From Dehalococcoidia bacterium (GTDB lineage Bacteria > Chloroflexota > Dehalococcoidia > UBA2979): 64,000 nt of DNA. Shown piece after piece: positions 40,234 to 50,086 of this stretch; the stretch's first letter is position 1; each line of letters starts with the position of its first letter. Location: assembly GCA_029246995.1 (NCBI GenBank), contig JAQWMB010000007.1:51575-115574 (forward strand), written 5' to 3'. The translations under genes and the position numbers were made by a program. The notes beneath the pieces are model-generated. The model searched no databases and was not told the DNA's origin. It worked only from the letters and a program-made list of their open reading frames with translations.

Positions 40234-40563
40234 TTAGCTAACCTGATCTTTAGTTTTTACAGGACCAGATATTTCACCAACAACTTCGTTAATGATTAAA
40301 AACCTCAATATATCTTCATTAATATTAAGCTGATTTTCTACTTCCTGAATAGAAGATGGGTCTAAGCTAGCTCTCAAAATAAAATAAAATCCTTCAAGAT
40401 TATCACCAATTTGATACGCTAATTTTCTTTTACCCCAATCCATTTCTGTATTTAATTCACCATTACTGCCTAAAATCATAGATTTAACTTTTGAATACAG
40501 TTCTGCAACTGCTTCCTTAGATAACCTAGGACTAAACACTGTGACGATTTCATATTCTTTCAT
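40234..40563 (-). CDS. rpsF: 30S ribosomal protein S6
   Basis: MKEYEIVTVFSP... 109 aa. Confidence 0.85.
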   Translation of the reverse strand: MKEYEIVTVFSPRLSKEAVAELYSKVKSMILGSNGELNTEMDWGKRKLAYQIGDNLEGFYFILRASLDPSSIQEVENQLNINEDILRFLIINEVVGEISGPVKTKDQVS

Positions 40564-40582
40564 AAATTAACTACTTTTCACT

Positions 40583-41809
40583 TTATCCTCTTGGTAAACC
40601 AAGGCCACGTGTGGCAATTACATTTCTTTGAATCTCAGAAGATCCAGCTGCAATAGTAGCAGGTATGGATCTTACATAATCTCTAGTAAACATTGTCTCC
40701 ATTGGACTACGAGTATCCTCATTATCCCATAAGTTTGAGTACATGCCAAAAACTTTCGTACCAGTATGCGCAGTTCTTTGTGCAGCCTCAGAACCAAACA
40801 TCTTTGCTATTGATGCTTCATAATTTGGGACTTGACCTGCATCTTGAATAGTAATAATTCTTAAAGAAAAATTCATCATCACTGCTGATTCTATATAGCG
40901 TTCGGCAACTTCTTGTCTAACGCTATCATAACTATCAATGCGTGATTTATGAGTATCTTTTTCAGAGCAGTATTGAATCATATCAACTATTTGCCGTTGA
41001 AGATTAATTGCACCTGTGATGTTGGAACGTTCATTATCTAATAATGTCATTCCAACATACCAGCCACGATTCTCTTCACCAACTATCTGATCTGCAGGAA
41101 TTCTTACATCCTCCCAAAAAGTTTCATTCAAGTGATGACCCCATCCCATATCTATAATTGGGTTCACAGATAGTCCAGGAGTTTTAATATCCATGACAAG
41201 CATAGAAATACCTCGATGTTTTGGAGCATCTGGATCAGTTCTTACTAACATAAATACGTTATCTGCATAATGTGCATGAGATGTCCATATTTTTTGACCA
41301 TTTATAACAAATTCATCTCCATCTCGTACAGCTCTAGTAGTTAAAGAAGCAAGATCTGATCCTGCTCCAGGCTCAGAAAATCCCTGCGCCCAAACTACAT
41401 CACCTTTTAAAATTGGAGGCAAAAATTTACTTTTTTGGTCATCAGTTCCATGGACAATTAAAGCAGGACCTAGCATACCAATGCCTACATTACTACCAAC
41501 TGTTGGTACATTCGCTCTAGCCATTTCTGCATTATATATATATTGTTCCATTGGACTGAACCCTCCACCACCAAATTCTTTTGGCCAATGTGGGGCAACC
41601 CAACCTTCTTCTGAAATTGAATTAAACCACTCTTCAGCATCTTTTCTTTCATTGACATTATCGGAATTACGATCAATCGCCCAACGATAAGGAGTAGCCT
41701 TAAAAAATTCTTTTGACATTTTCTGATATCGAGATGGAAGCTTTGCTTCTATAACAGACTTAACCTTAGTCCTAAAACCAGCTTGTTCTTTATTATCTTC
41801 CCAATCCAA
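40583..41809 (-). CDS. acyl-CoA dehydrogenase family protein
   Basis: 408 aa with ACAD-like N, middle and C domains. Confidence 0.7.
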   Translation of the reverse strand: MDWEDNKEQAGFRTKVKSVIEAKLPSRYQKMSKEFFKATPYRWAIDRNSDNVNERKDAEEWFNSISEEGWVAPHWPKEFGGGGFSPMEQYIYNAEMARANVPTVGSNVGIGMLGPALIVHGTDDQKSKFLPPILKGDVVWAQGFSEPGAGSDLASLTTRAVRDGDEFVINGQKIWTSHAHYADNVFMLVRTDPDAPKHRGISMLVMDIKTPGLSVNPIIDMGWGHHLNETFWEDVRIPADQIVGEENRGWYVGMTLLDNERSNITGAINLQRQIVDMIQYCSEKDTHKSRIDSYDSVRQEVAERYIESAVMMNFSLRIITIQDAGQVPNYEASIAKMFGSEAAQRTAHTGTKVFGMYSNLWDNEDTRSPMETMFTRDYVRSIPATIAAGSSEIQRNVIATRGLGLPRG

Positions 41810-41923
41810 AACATTTCTCCAATCAATTACTGAATAAAGTTAATACATAAATCATATTACAGCAAGAAAGATCATACATTAATAAATAGCTTAATTTCTA
41901 TTTAAAATTAAAATTATTGAAAA

Positions 41924-43192
41924 TTATCTTACTACTATCCCTGGAGCTGGAAACTCCTTGCATAACTCAATCACAGTTTCTAAAGCATTTTTTATTACCA
42001 TGTTATCTTTAGATTGCAAAACATTCACAATAATTTCACCTACTTTTTCCATTTCTTTATGACCAAAACCACGAGATGTAAGAGCAGGAGTACCAATCCT
42101 TATACCTGAAGTAATTGTTGGCGGAAGATTATCGTATGGAATTGCATTCTTATTAACTATAATTCCACAAGATGCCAAAAGGTCTTCAGCATCTTTCCCA
42201 TTAAGTTTAAGAGAGGTAACATCCACTAAAATCAAGTGATTGTCTGTGCCTCCAGATACTAGTCTTAGACCTCCATTTTGTAACTTTTCTGAAAGAACTT
42301 TTGCATTTGAAACAGTATTTTTTTGTAAATTAATAAATTCTTCAGTTGATGCTTCTTGATAAGCAACAGCCTTACCAGCAATTACATGCATGAGCGGTCC
42401 TCCTTGACTACCTGGAAAAACAGCTTTATCAATCTTCTTTGCAATATTTGCATTACATAAAATCATACCGCCTCGAGGACCACGTAAAGTTTTATGAGTT
42501 GACATAGTAATGACATCAGCAAATCCTACTGGAGAAGGATGTACATTGGCGGCAACTAAGCCAGATATGTGTGCAATATCAGCCAAAAGAAAGGCACCAA
42601 CTTCATCTGCAATTTGCTTTGCCCTTTGGAAATCAAGATTACGAGGATATGCAGTTGTACCGATGACTATGACTTGTGGCTTATTATTTATTGCGAGATC
42701 TCTCATTTGATCGTAATCTATCAATTCGTCATCTTGACGCACCCCATAATGAGAAAAATTATAAAGTTTTCCAGTTATATTAACTTTATGACCATGCGTT
42801 AAATGCCCACCATGATCTAATCCTAACGCTAAAGCCTTATCTCCAACATTCATTAAAGCATTATAAGCAGCTAAATTAGCTTGAGATCCAGAATGCGGTT
42901 GGACATTAGCATGATCGACTTTAAAAAGTTTTATTGCTCTATCTATAGCAAGTTGCTCAACAATATCTGAATTTTCACAACCACCGTAATATCTAGCCTT
43001 TGGATATCCTTCAGCATATTTATTAGTCAAAACACTCCCTACAGCCTCCATTACAGCTTGGCTAGTATAATTTTCAGATGCAATCATTTCTAATACATTT
43101 GCTTGTCTGTGCTCTTCGTTAAGAATTGCTTGGTTGATTTCGGGATCAACATTCTCTAAAATATTTGTATCTATATTGAGATTTGATGTCAG
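41924..43192 (-). CDS. glyA: serine hydroxymethyltransferase. The start codon is non-canonical (CTG at 43192, or ATT at 43195). The ORF-track ATG at 43087 would remove about 35 conserved N-terminal residues.
   Basis: Upstream in-frame translation ...LENVDPEINQAILNEEHRQANVLEMIASENYTS matches the conserved SHMT N-terminus. An AGGAGG SD lies at 43198-43203. In-frame stop at 43211-43213. Confidence 0.8.
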   Translation of the reverse strand: MTSNLNIDTNILENVDPEINQAILNEEHRQANVLEMIASENYTSQAVMEAVGSVLTNKYAEGYPKARYYGGCENSDIVEQLAIDRAIKLFKVDHANVQPHSGSQANLAAYNALMNVGDKALALGLDHGGHLTHGHKVNITGKLYNFSHYGVRQDDELIDYDQMRDLAINNKPQVIVIGTTAYPRNLDFQRAKQIADEVGAFLLADIAHISGLVAANVHPSPVGFADVITMSTHKTLRGPRGGMILCNANIAKKIDKAVFPGSQGGPLMHVIAGKAVAYQEASTEEFINLQKNTVSNAKVLSEKLQNGGLRLVSGGTDNHLILVDVTSLKLNGKDAEDLLASCGIIVNKNAIPYDNLPPTITSGIRIGTPALTSRGFGHKEMEKVGEIIVNVLQSKDNMVIKNALETVIELCKEFPAPGIVVR

Positions 43193-43303
43193 AATAACCT
43201 CCTCATTGATCTAATTATTTCAAAACTATTATAAGCAGTAATATATAGTTTAGAATATAATGATAATAAGAAAATTTGTTAAATTATTTCAACGTAGTAT
43301 AAA

Positions 43304-43552
43304 ATGCAAGTAAAGATTCTCACTTTTGCCAATCTCAAAGAATATAGCAATGATTTTACTATTGAAATAGAAGGAAAAGAATCTATAGCATTATCGATTA
43401 TTAAGCAGAAAATCATTGCTGAAAAACCAGCACTAGAAAAATTTATGAATAATATTGCTTTTGCTGTAAATCAAACATATAGCAAAAATGACAATCAAGA
43501 AATAAATGATTTAGATGAAATAGCACTCATTCCTCCGGTAGCAGGAGGATAA
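43304..43552 (+). CDS. moaD: molybdopterin synthase sulfur-carrier subunit MoaD
   Basis: 82 aa, ubiquitin-like, ending ...IPPVAGG. Confidence 0.8.
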   Translation: MQVKILTFANLKEYSNDFTIEIEGKESIALSIIKQKIIAEKPALEKFMNNIAFAVNQTYSKNDNQEINDLDEIALIPPVAGG

Positions 43553-43553
43553 T

Positions 43554-43973
43554 ATGAAAAATGAAATAAAAATCATTAATCACTCTATAGAAATAGTAAA
43601 AGTAAGAGAATTTCTTCGAAATAACAGAAGTGGAGCTATAGTTATTTTTGAAGGAGTTGTAAGAGAATTTAATAAAGGGGAAAAAATAAAAAATATAACT
43701 TATGAAGCCTATGAAGCTATGGCTATAAAAGAAATAACCAAAATCTTAAATGAGCAGAGAAAAAAATTAACAAATAATAATGAAATCCACAGTATTTGCA
43801 TACACCATAGAGTTGGAAAATTAAATGTTGGAGAAACATCTATCATTATTGGCGTATCTTCTGAACATAGAGAACAAGCATTTTTACTTTGTTCTAATAT
43901 AATGGACCAAATCAAAATTAGTGTACCAATTTGGAAATTTGAGATGAGTGAAAACGGTACCTATTGGGTTTAA
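43554..43973 (+). CDS. moaE: molybdopterin synthase catalytic subunit MoaE
   Basis: 139 aa, MoaE-like. Coupled to moaD. Confidence 0.8.
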   Translation: MKNEIKIINHSIEIVKVREFLRNNRSGAIVIFEGVVREFNKGEKIKNITYEAYEAMAIKEITKILNEQRKKLTNNNEIHSICIHHRVGKLNVGETSIIIGVSSEHREQAFLLCSNIMDQIKISVPIWKFEMSENGTYWV

Positions 43974-43994
43974 ATATTAATTAAAAAAGAAATA

Positions 43995-45326
43995 CTAAAA
44001 TGAGCCAATACGATAATCCGGGGCAAGTATTTCAAAATTCGTTGCTAATTTCAAGTCTGATAATCTCGATTTAATTCTTAAATCTAAATCAGAGCTTTCT
44101 AAATTTTTTGTTACAATAGTAGGCATTTTCTTAATATATCTATAATTAAAAATTTGATATAGCTTTTCATCAACCCAAGGACTATTTTGATGCGCACCTA
44201 AATCATCTAAAACAAGTAAATCTGCTTGGGTAATTTTTTTGAAAGATTGTTCAAAATTACTACTTCCTTTATTAGAAAAACTTGCACGGAATTCATCTAA
44301 TAAATCTGGAACACTGGCAAAGCAAGCATCATAATTAAGTTTAATTAAGTGATTACAAATTGCTGCTGCTAAATGAGTCTTACCGCAACCAGGTGAGCCA
44401 ATTAACACAAGCCAACCATCCGGATTATCTGACCAGCTCTTTGCAAGACCTAGTGCATCTTGTAGATTTTTTCTTTCTTCACCAAGCAAACCATGTCCTT
44501 GAGGATTAAAATTCGTAAAAGTATAGTTTTGAATTTGCTCAATACTCATTGCTCCTATCGATGTAAATGAACTTTCATCTTGAGTGATAGTAATTTTTTG
44601 TGATTGGTTTTTATCTTCAAAACGGGATACAATTCTTTGATCGATTTCTTCAGGCAATTCAATATAATTAATAACCGTTTTTAGTCCTTGATCAAATCGA
44701 TAAATTAACAATTGTATAAATTTTTCCAGTGCCCATGATGAGACATGATGTAAGACTAAATCATCAATAACTAACAAAGGTATGCTACGTAACTTTATTA
44801 GAAAATCATCATAAGATTGAGTATTATCATTCATCGCAGAATATAGTTGCTCAAATAGATCATTGGAATTATAAAACAAAGAAGGAATTTTATTCTCAAT
44901 AAAATCATTCAATATAGCTGCAGATATTAATGTCTTACCAAGCCCAGAATTAGATTGAATTAAAAGAAATTTCAATTTACTAGTTCTAAAATTCTGAGCA
45001 TCAATAAAATATTCTGTCAGATTTTTTGCTATTGCAAAATCTGCATTTTTTATATAATCAAAATTTATAGATTCAAAAGACCCAATCCTAGAATATTTTT
45101 GAAATTTATCTAATTTCTCTTCATCACTTTCATTAAATACACAATCACAAGGAACTGCTTTTCCAAAATCTATATGATCAATTGGTAAATTTAACCTAAC
45201 GAACCTAACATCATTGCATTGTTGACAGTTAATAGATTCTTCAATTTGGCCATGATCTTTTGATGACAGACTTATAGGGGTCTTGTTGTCGTTCCCCTTG
45301 GATAGAAAATCCTGAAGATTTTGCAT
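43995..45326 (-). CDS. DnaC/DnaI-family helicase loader with an N-terminal Cys-rich (Zn) domain and two tandem AAA+ modules in one polypeptide
   Basis: Module 1 has Walker A SNSGLGKT and Walker B LLVIDDL. Module 2 has GSPGCGKTHL and LLVLDDLG. N-terminal CQQCND...PCDC. Confidence 0.65.
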   Translation of the reverse strand: MQNLQDFLSKGNDNKTPISLSSKDHGQIEESINCQQCNDVRFVRLNLPIDHIDFGKAVPCDCVFNESDEEKLDKFQKYSRIGSFESINFDYIKNADFAIAKNLTEYFIDAQNFRTSKLKFLLIQSNSGLGKTLISAAILNDFIENKIPSLFYNSNDLFEQLYSAMNDNTQSYDDFLIKLRSIPLLVIDDLVLHHVSSWALEKFIQLLIYRFDQGLKTVINYIELPEEIDQRIVSRFEDKNQSQKITITQDESSFTSIGAMSIEQIQNYTFTNFNPQGHGLLGEERKNLQDALGLAKSWSDNPDGWLVLIGSPGCGKTHLAAAICNHLIKLNYDACFASVPDLLDEFRASFSNKGSSNFEQSFKKITQADLLVLDDLGAHQNSPWVDEKLYQIFNYRYIKKMPTIVTKNLESSDLDLRIKSRLSDLKLATNFEILAPDYRIGSF

Positions 45327-45567
45327 CTATATTCTCCTCCTTTCTATTTTTGCTAATAGCATGATTTTGTTTCTCTAAAAAATTTTGAATAAAAAACCAA
45401 CTTCTATTATTTTTTAATTTTGCATTCATAATAGCTTTAACTATTAATTCTTGAGGATACAATTGCATAGCAAGAGTTAGTTTATCTGTAATAGCACTTG
45501 TTATAAAGCCTAGATTTTCTTCATAAAAACTTACAATTTCACTAAAAGATTTCTTTTCTTCAACCAT
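45241..45567 (-). CDS. DnaD-domain (DDBH2-like) replication initiation / primosome protein
   Basis: 108 aa. FYEENLGFITSAITDKLTLAMQLYPQELIVKAIMNAKLKNNRSWFFIQNFL fits the DnaD_dom pattern. Its 3' end overlaps the next ORF by 86 nt. Confidence 0.55.
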   Translation of the reverse strand: MVEEKKSFSEIVSFYEENLGFITSAITDKLTLAMQLYPQELIVKAIMNAKLKNNRSWFFIQNFLEKQNHAISKNRKEENIDAKSSGFSIQGERQQDPYKSVIKRSWPN

Positions 45568-45571
45568 CGAT

Positions 45572-46978
45572 TTATTGCTCTCTTAAAATTAAATCATGAA
45601 AAGTTGCAGTTTCTTCATTGAAGCGAATTGTTGCATTGCCAGTTGGCCCATTACGATGCTTTGCTAAGATTAGTTGTGCTAAATTTGAAGGAAATTGATT
45701 ATCTGATTTATCTAAGTTCTTTTCTTGCCAATCTTTAAATTTAGTATAAACATCTTCTCTATAAATAAATAATACAACATCAGCATCTTGCTCTATACTT
45801 CCAGATTCTCTTAGATCAGATAGCATTGGTATATGTGGGGTTCGTTGTTCAACAGCTCTTGATAATTGCGCAGCAGCAATAACTGGTACATTTAATTCTC
45901 TAGCTAATTCTTTTAACGAACGAGTTATTTCACTGATTTCTGTTGTTCTGCTCTCTGTTCGTTTTGTCCCATGTAATAATTGAAGATAATCAACTATTAC
46001 TAAATCTAGACCATGATCAGATTGCAACCTCTTTAATTTGGCTCTTATTTCAGGAACACTTAACATAGGAGAGTCATCAATAAAGATAGACGATTCTCCT
46101 AAAACACCCATAGAGTGCATAATTCTAGCTTCTTCAGTTTCAGAATGAGAACCAAATCTTAATTTTGTAGAATTAACATTTGCTTCAGCAGATAATAACC
46201 TTGTAGCAAGTTGATCCCCTGACATTTCTAATGAGAAAATTGCAACTGTTGCACCTTGCCCAATACCAGCATTCCGAGCAAAGTTAAGTAATAAAGATGA
46301 TTTACCTACACCAGTTCTTGCAGCTAAAATATTTAAATCACCTCGTTTAAATCCTCCTAATAATTGATCAAGGTCCATAAAACCAGTACGAACTGATTCA
46401 TGTAATTCACCTTCTTGTTCAGAATCCATGTCCTCCAGAAATTTATTAAGCAGACTTTTTATTACAGTAAAGTCACCTGTAAAGTCAGATGATTTGATAC
46501 CTAAAAGTAAACCTTCAGCATAGGTTAAAACATCCTTGACATCAGGCCCACCTTCATATGCTTTTTGAGCAATTTCTGAAGAAGCTTGAATAATTTTTCT
46601 ATAAACTGAATCCCTAGCAACAATTCGTGCATGTGTTTCAACACCTATTGCTGTAAAAAATTTATTAGATATATCAACTAAACTTCTCTCACCTCCAACA
46701 GAATCAAGGTGGCCTAGTCTTTCAAGTTCATGAGCAACAGCAGGTATAGTAATTTCTTCATTGCGCTCAGCAACTAAAATTGCAGACTCATAAATCCACT
46801 TGTTCTTTTCGTTATAAAAATCATCAGGCTCTATAATAGACATCGTCTTAATAAATGATTCATGATCTAAAAACAATGCCGCAATGATTGCTTCTTCAGC
46901 ACCAATATCATGTGGGGGTAGCAATTTTTCTCTAATTGAAGTGATATTAGAATTGTTTGATAGGGGATTATTTACCAC
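45572..46978 (-). CDS. dnaB: replicative DNA helicase DnaB
   Basis: 468 aa. N-terminal domain plus RecA-like domain with GVGKSS Walker A. Confidence 0.9.
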   Translation of the reverse strand: MVNNPLSNNSNITSIREKLLPPHDIGAEEAIIAALFLDHESFIKTMSIIEPDDFYNEKNKWIYESAILVAERNEEITIPAVAHELERLGHLDSVGGERSLVDISNKFFTAIGVETHARIVARDSVYRKIIQASSEIAQKAYEGGPDVKDVLTYAEGLLLGIKSSDFTGDFTVIKSLLNKFLEDMDSEQEGELHESVRTGFMDLDQLLGGFKRGDLNILAARTGVGKSSLLLNFARNAGIGQGATVAIFSLEMSGDQLATRLLSAEANVNSTKLRFGSHSETEEARIMHSMGVLGESSIFIDDSPMLSVPEIRAKLKRLQSDHGLDLVIVDYLQLLHGTKRTESRTTEISEITRSLKELARELNVPVIAAAQLSRAVEQRTPHIPMLSDLRESGSIEQDADVVLFIYREDVYTKFKDWQEKNLDKSDNQFPSNLAQLILAKHRNGPTGNATIRFNEETATFHDLILREQ

Positions 46979-47136
46979 AACTTATTCAATCTTATTTGCA
47001 AACTCTATAATAATGCTGAATCAAATAATAAACATTTTTTTATATTGAGGTTACAAAGTTTTCCAAAATGTACCGACATATCGTAATAAAGTTATCGACA
47101 GAATACCATTCAATCCACAAAAATAAGGGTATCATA

Positions 47137-47150
47137 AGAACATCTGTTCT
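47137..47150. promoter_or_regulatory. GAAC-N4-GTTC palindrome (Cheo-box / Gram-positive LexA-box-like), AGAACATCTGTTCT
   Basis: Perfect inverted repeat lying between the 3' end of purL and dnaB. Confidence 0.25.
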
Positions 47151-47162
47151 GTCTAAGGATTA

Positions 47163-49358
47163 TTAAAAAATTTGATTATATGCATCTGCAATTGATGATA
47201 AAGATAAATCTATTTGATCAAAATGAAAAGTATTATTTGTTTGATTTATAAAACTACCCAAAACTTCACAAGGAATTGCTTGTGCGGCAGCTAAATTCAT
47301 TATTTTTTCAAGATGCTTTCCTTCTATGCAAACAATAAATCTAGACTCTTTTTCGCCAAAATAAGTGGCATCTAAGCGAGCATTTTCTGGCAAATCTATA
47401 CCATCAAACCCTACACCATAATTAATACACATCTCTGCAATAGCTACTAACAAGCCACCATCTGAAATATCGTTTGCAATATATGCCATTTCCTCTTTAA
47501 AAATACTTAAAATAAATTCTTGAATCTTCTTTTCATATTCTAAATCAATTTCTAATTGTCCAGATAGAGAATTGGTTTGATTAAAATAATATTCACTTCC
47601 GGACAATGTATTAAATTCTTGATTAATCACACTGCCAATTAAGAGTAATTTTTGACCATTGGATATGTGGCGAATAATTTTATTAGAAACATTGTCTATT
47701 AATCCAACCATACCAATAACAGGTGTAGGTGCAATAGACCCAGATACAGTCTCATTATATAGAGAGGCATTGCCTGAAATTACTGGTGTTTCTAGAATTT
47801 TAGCCGCTTCTGATATACCTCTAACAGCATTGACTAATTGATAGGCTACTTCAGATTTATCAGGATTACCAAAATTAAGACAGTCAGTTAATGCTAATGG
47901 CTTAGCTCCTGTAGCAACCAAGTTACGAGATGCTTCAGCAACTGCAATTTTTGAACCACAATAAGGATCCATTTGCACTTTGCGTGAATTACAATCTATT
48001 GTCATCGCTAATGCCTTATCAGTTCCAGGTACTCTTATAACTGCTGCACCAAAACCTGGTTTGACAATAGTATTATTTAAAACTTGATGATCGTATTGTT
48101 GATAAACAGATTTCTTACTACAAATATTTGGAAGAGCAAGTATTTTAAGGAAGGATTTATTAGCATCTTCTAAATCGTTTATGCTTAATATTTCAGGATT
48201 GTAATAAGGGTATTGATTTATATCATCTTTATATTTTAATTCATATGTTGGCGCATTAGTCATTAAGCTAATCTGAGCATCAGCTAAGATAGTATCATTA
48301 TCTTTTACAACTACCTTATTGGTATCATTAACTTTACCAATAACGCTCACAGATAGTTCCCACTTATTAAAATGATCGACAATTTCTTTTTCAAATTCTT
48401 TTTTAGCAATAATTAACATTCTTTCTTGTGATTCAGAAAGCATAATTTCATATGCACTCATTGCAATCTCTCTTTGTGGCACCTTAGTGACATTTATTTC
48501 TATGCCACTGCCTCCTCGTTCTGCTGCTTCAAGACTACTAGATGTTAAGCCTGCAGCACCTAAATCTTGGATACCCACAATCCATTCTTGATGGTTTTGC
48601 GCAAGCTCAACACATGCTTCCATTAAAAGCTTTTCCATAAAAGGATTACCTACTTGTACAGCAGGACGATCATTGACACTGTCCTCACTTAAATCTACTG
48701 AAGCAAATGTTGCACCATGAATACCATCCCTACCCGTATCAGCTCCAACTAAAATTAATAAATTATCCTTGCCAGATGCTGTTGCAGAAGTAAGATCCTC
48801 TTTTTTGCCTACCCCGACACACATAACATTCACAAGAGGATTACCAGTAAAAGAGTCATCAAAAAATATTTCACCACCTACAGTGGGCACGCCTACGCAG
48901 TTACCATAACCACTAATACCTGAAATGACACCATTAAGTAAATATTGTGTTCGTGATAATTGAAGATCACCAAAACGTAAGCTATCTAATAAAGCAATTG
49001 GGCGCATGCCCATTGCAAAGATATCTCTCAAGATACCACCGACCCCAGTAGCAGCACCTTCATAAGGTTCAACGGCTGAAGGGTGATTATGTGATTCTGC
49101 TTTAAAAACTGCAACATAGCCATCTCCAATATCAATAGCTCCAGCATTTTCTTCACCTGTTTTTGATAGAACATATTCACTCTCAGTAGGAAACAAATGA
49201 AATAATGGCCTTGTATGCTTATATCCGCAATGTTCAGACCATAAAGCGGAAAACATACCTAGCTCAACAGGAGTTGGCTCTCTTTTAAGACGACTAACAA
49301 CTAAATCATACTCTTCTAAAGACATAGCAATTTTTTCTAATTCATTTTTATCGATCAT
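47163..49358 (-). CDS. purL: phosphoribosylformylglycinamidine synthase subunit PurL
   Basis: 731 aa, FGAM synthase II. Confidence 0.9.
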   Translation of the reverse strand: MIDKNELEKIAMSLEEYDLVVSRLKREPTPVELGMFSALWSEHCGYKHTRPLFHLFPTESEYVLSKTGEENAGAIDIGDGYVAVFKAESHNHPSAVEPYEGAATGVGGILRDIFAMGMRPIALLDSLRFGDLQLSRTQYLLNGVISGISGYGNCVGVPTVGGEIFFDDSFTGNPLVNVMCVGVGKKEDLTSATASGKDNLLILVGADTGRDGIHGATFASVDLSEDSVNDRPAVQVGNPFMEKLLMEACVELAQNHQEWIVGIQDLGAAGLTSSSLEAAERGGSGIEINVTKVPQREIAMSAYEIMLSESQERMLIIAKKEFEKEIVDHFNKWELSVSVIGKVNDTNKVVVKDNDTILADAQISLMTNAPTYELKYKDDINQYPYYNPEILSINDLEDANKSFLKILALPNICSKKSVYQQYDHQVLNNTIVKPGFGAAVIRVPGTDKALAMTIDCNSRKVQMDPYCGSKIAVAEASRNLVATGAKPLALTDCLNFGNPDKSEVAYQLVNAVRGISEAAKILETPVISGNASLYNETVSGSIAPTPVIGMVGLIDNVSNKIIRHISNGQKLLLIGSVINQEFNTLSGSEYYFNQTNSLSGQLEIDLEYEKKIQEFILSIFKEEMAYIANDISDGGLLVAIAEMCINYGVGFDGIDLPENARLDATYFGEKESRFIVCIEGKHLEKIMNLAAAQAIPCEVLGSFINQTNNTFHFDQIDLSLSSIADAYNQIF

Positions 49359-50056
49359 TCTTTATGTCTCACAACTTCTATAATTGAATTCCAAATAGCA
49401 TTACCATCTGTACTATCTAATAATTCATCACATGCTCTTTCAGGATGTGGCATCATGCCTAAAACATTACCTGACTCATTTAAAATACCTGCAATATTAT
49501 TAATAGAACCATTTGGATTATATTTCTGATCTATATCTCCAAATTCATTGGAATATCTAAATGCTATTCTATTTTGATTTTCCAAAATATCTAAGGTTTT
49601 ACCATCAACAAAATAATTTCCAGAACCATGAGAAATTGGAATCTTTAACGGAGTATCGCGATCGAGCTTATCTAAAAAAGGCGAGCTTAAGGCATTACTA
49701 TTTGGTTTTAAATAAGTATCCTGACATCTGAATTGAAGAGAATCGTTTTGCATTAAAACCCCTGGTAACATCCCTGCTTCACATAAAATCTGGAAACCAT
49801 TACAAATTCCTATAACAGGCCCCCCACTTTTAGAAAAAGAAGTAACACTTTTCATAACATTTGAAAATCTTGCAATTGCACCACAGCGTAAATAATCTCC
49901 ATATGAAAAGCCACCTGGAATAATAACTAGATCAGGATTATTAAGTGATTTTTCAGTATGCCAAATTTTGTAAGGATCAGCACCTACTTGATGCATTGCA
50001 TACATACAATCATCATCACTCCATGTGCCCGGAAAGACTACAATTGCTACTTTCAT
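49355..50056 (-). CDS. purQ: phosphoribosylformylglycinamidine synthase subunit PurQ (glutaminase)
   Basis: 233 aa. GATase with catalytic Cys in GICNGFQ. Confidence 0.9.
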   Translation of the reverse strand: MKVAIVVFPGTWSDDDCMYAMHQVGADPYKIWHTEKSLNNPDLVIIPGGFSYGDYLRCGAIARFSNVMKSVTSFSKSGGPVIGICNGFQILCEAGMLPGVLMQNDSLQFRCQDTYLKPNSNALSSPFLDKLDRDTPLKIPISHGSGNYFVDGKTLDILENQNRIAFRYSNEFGDIDQKYNPNGSINNIAGILNESGNVLGMMPHPERACDELLDSTDGNAIWNSIIEVVRHKE

Positions 50057-50086
50057 TGTCCCCTAATTATTTTTTACAATTATAAA

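Noticed and set aside
46979-47162. oriC-like DnaA-box cluster upstream of dnaB
   Set aside because: There are only two imperfect boxes (TTATCGACA, AATCCACAA) and no dnaA or dnaN nearby. This is more likely promoter or chance sequence.
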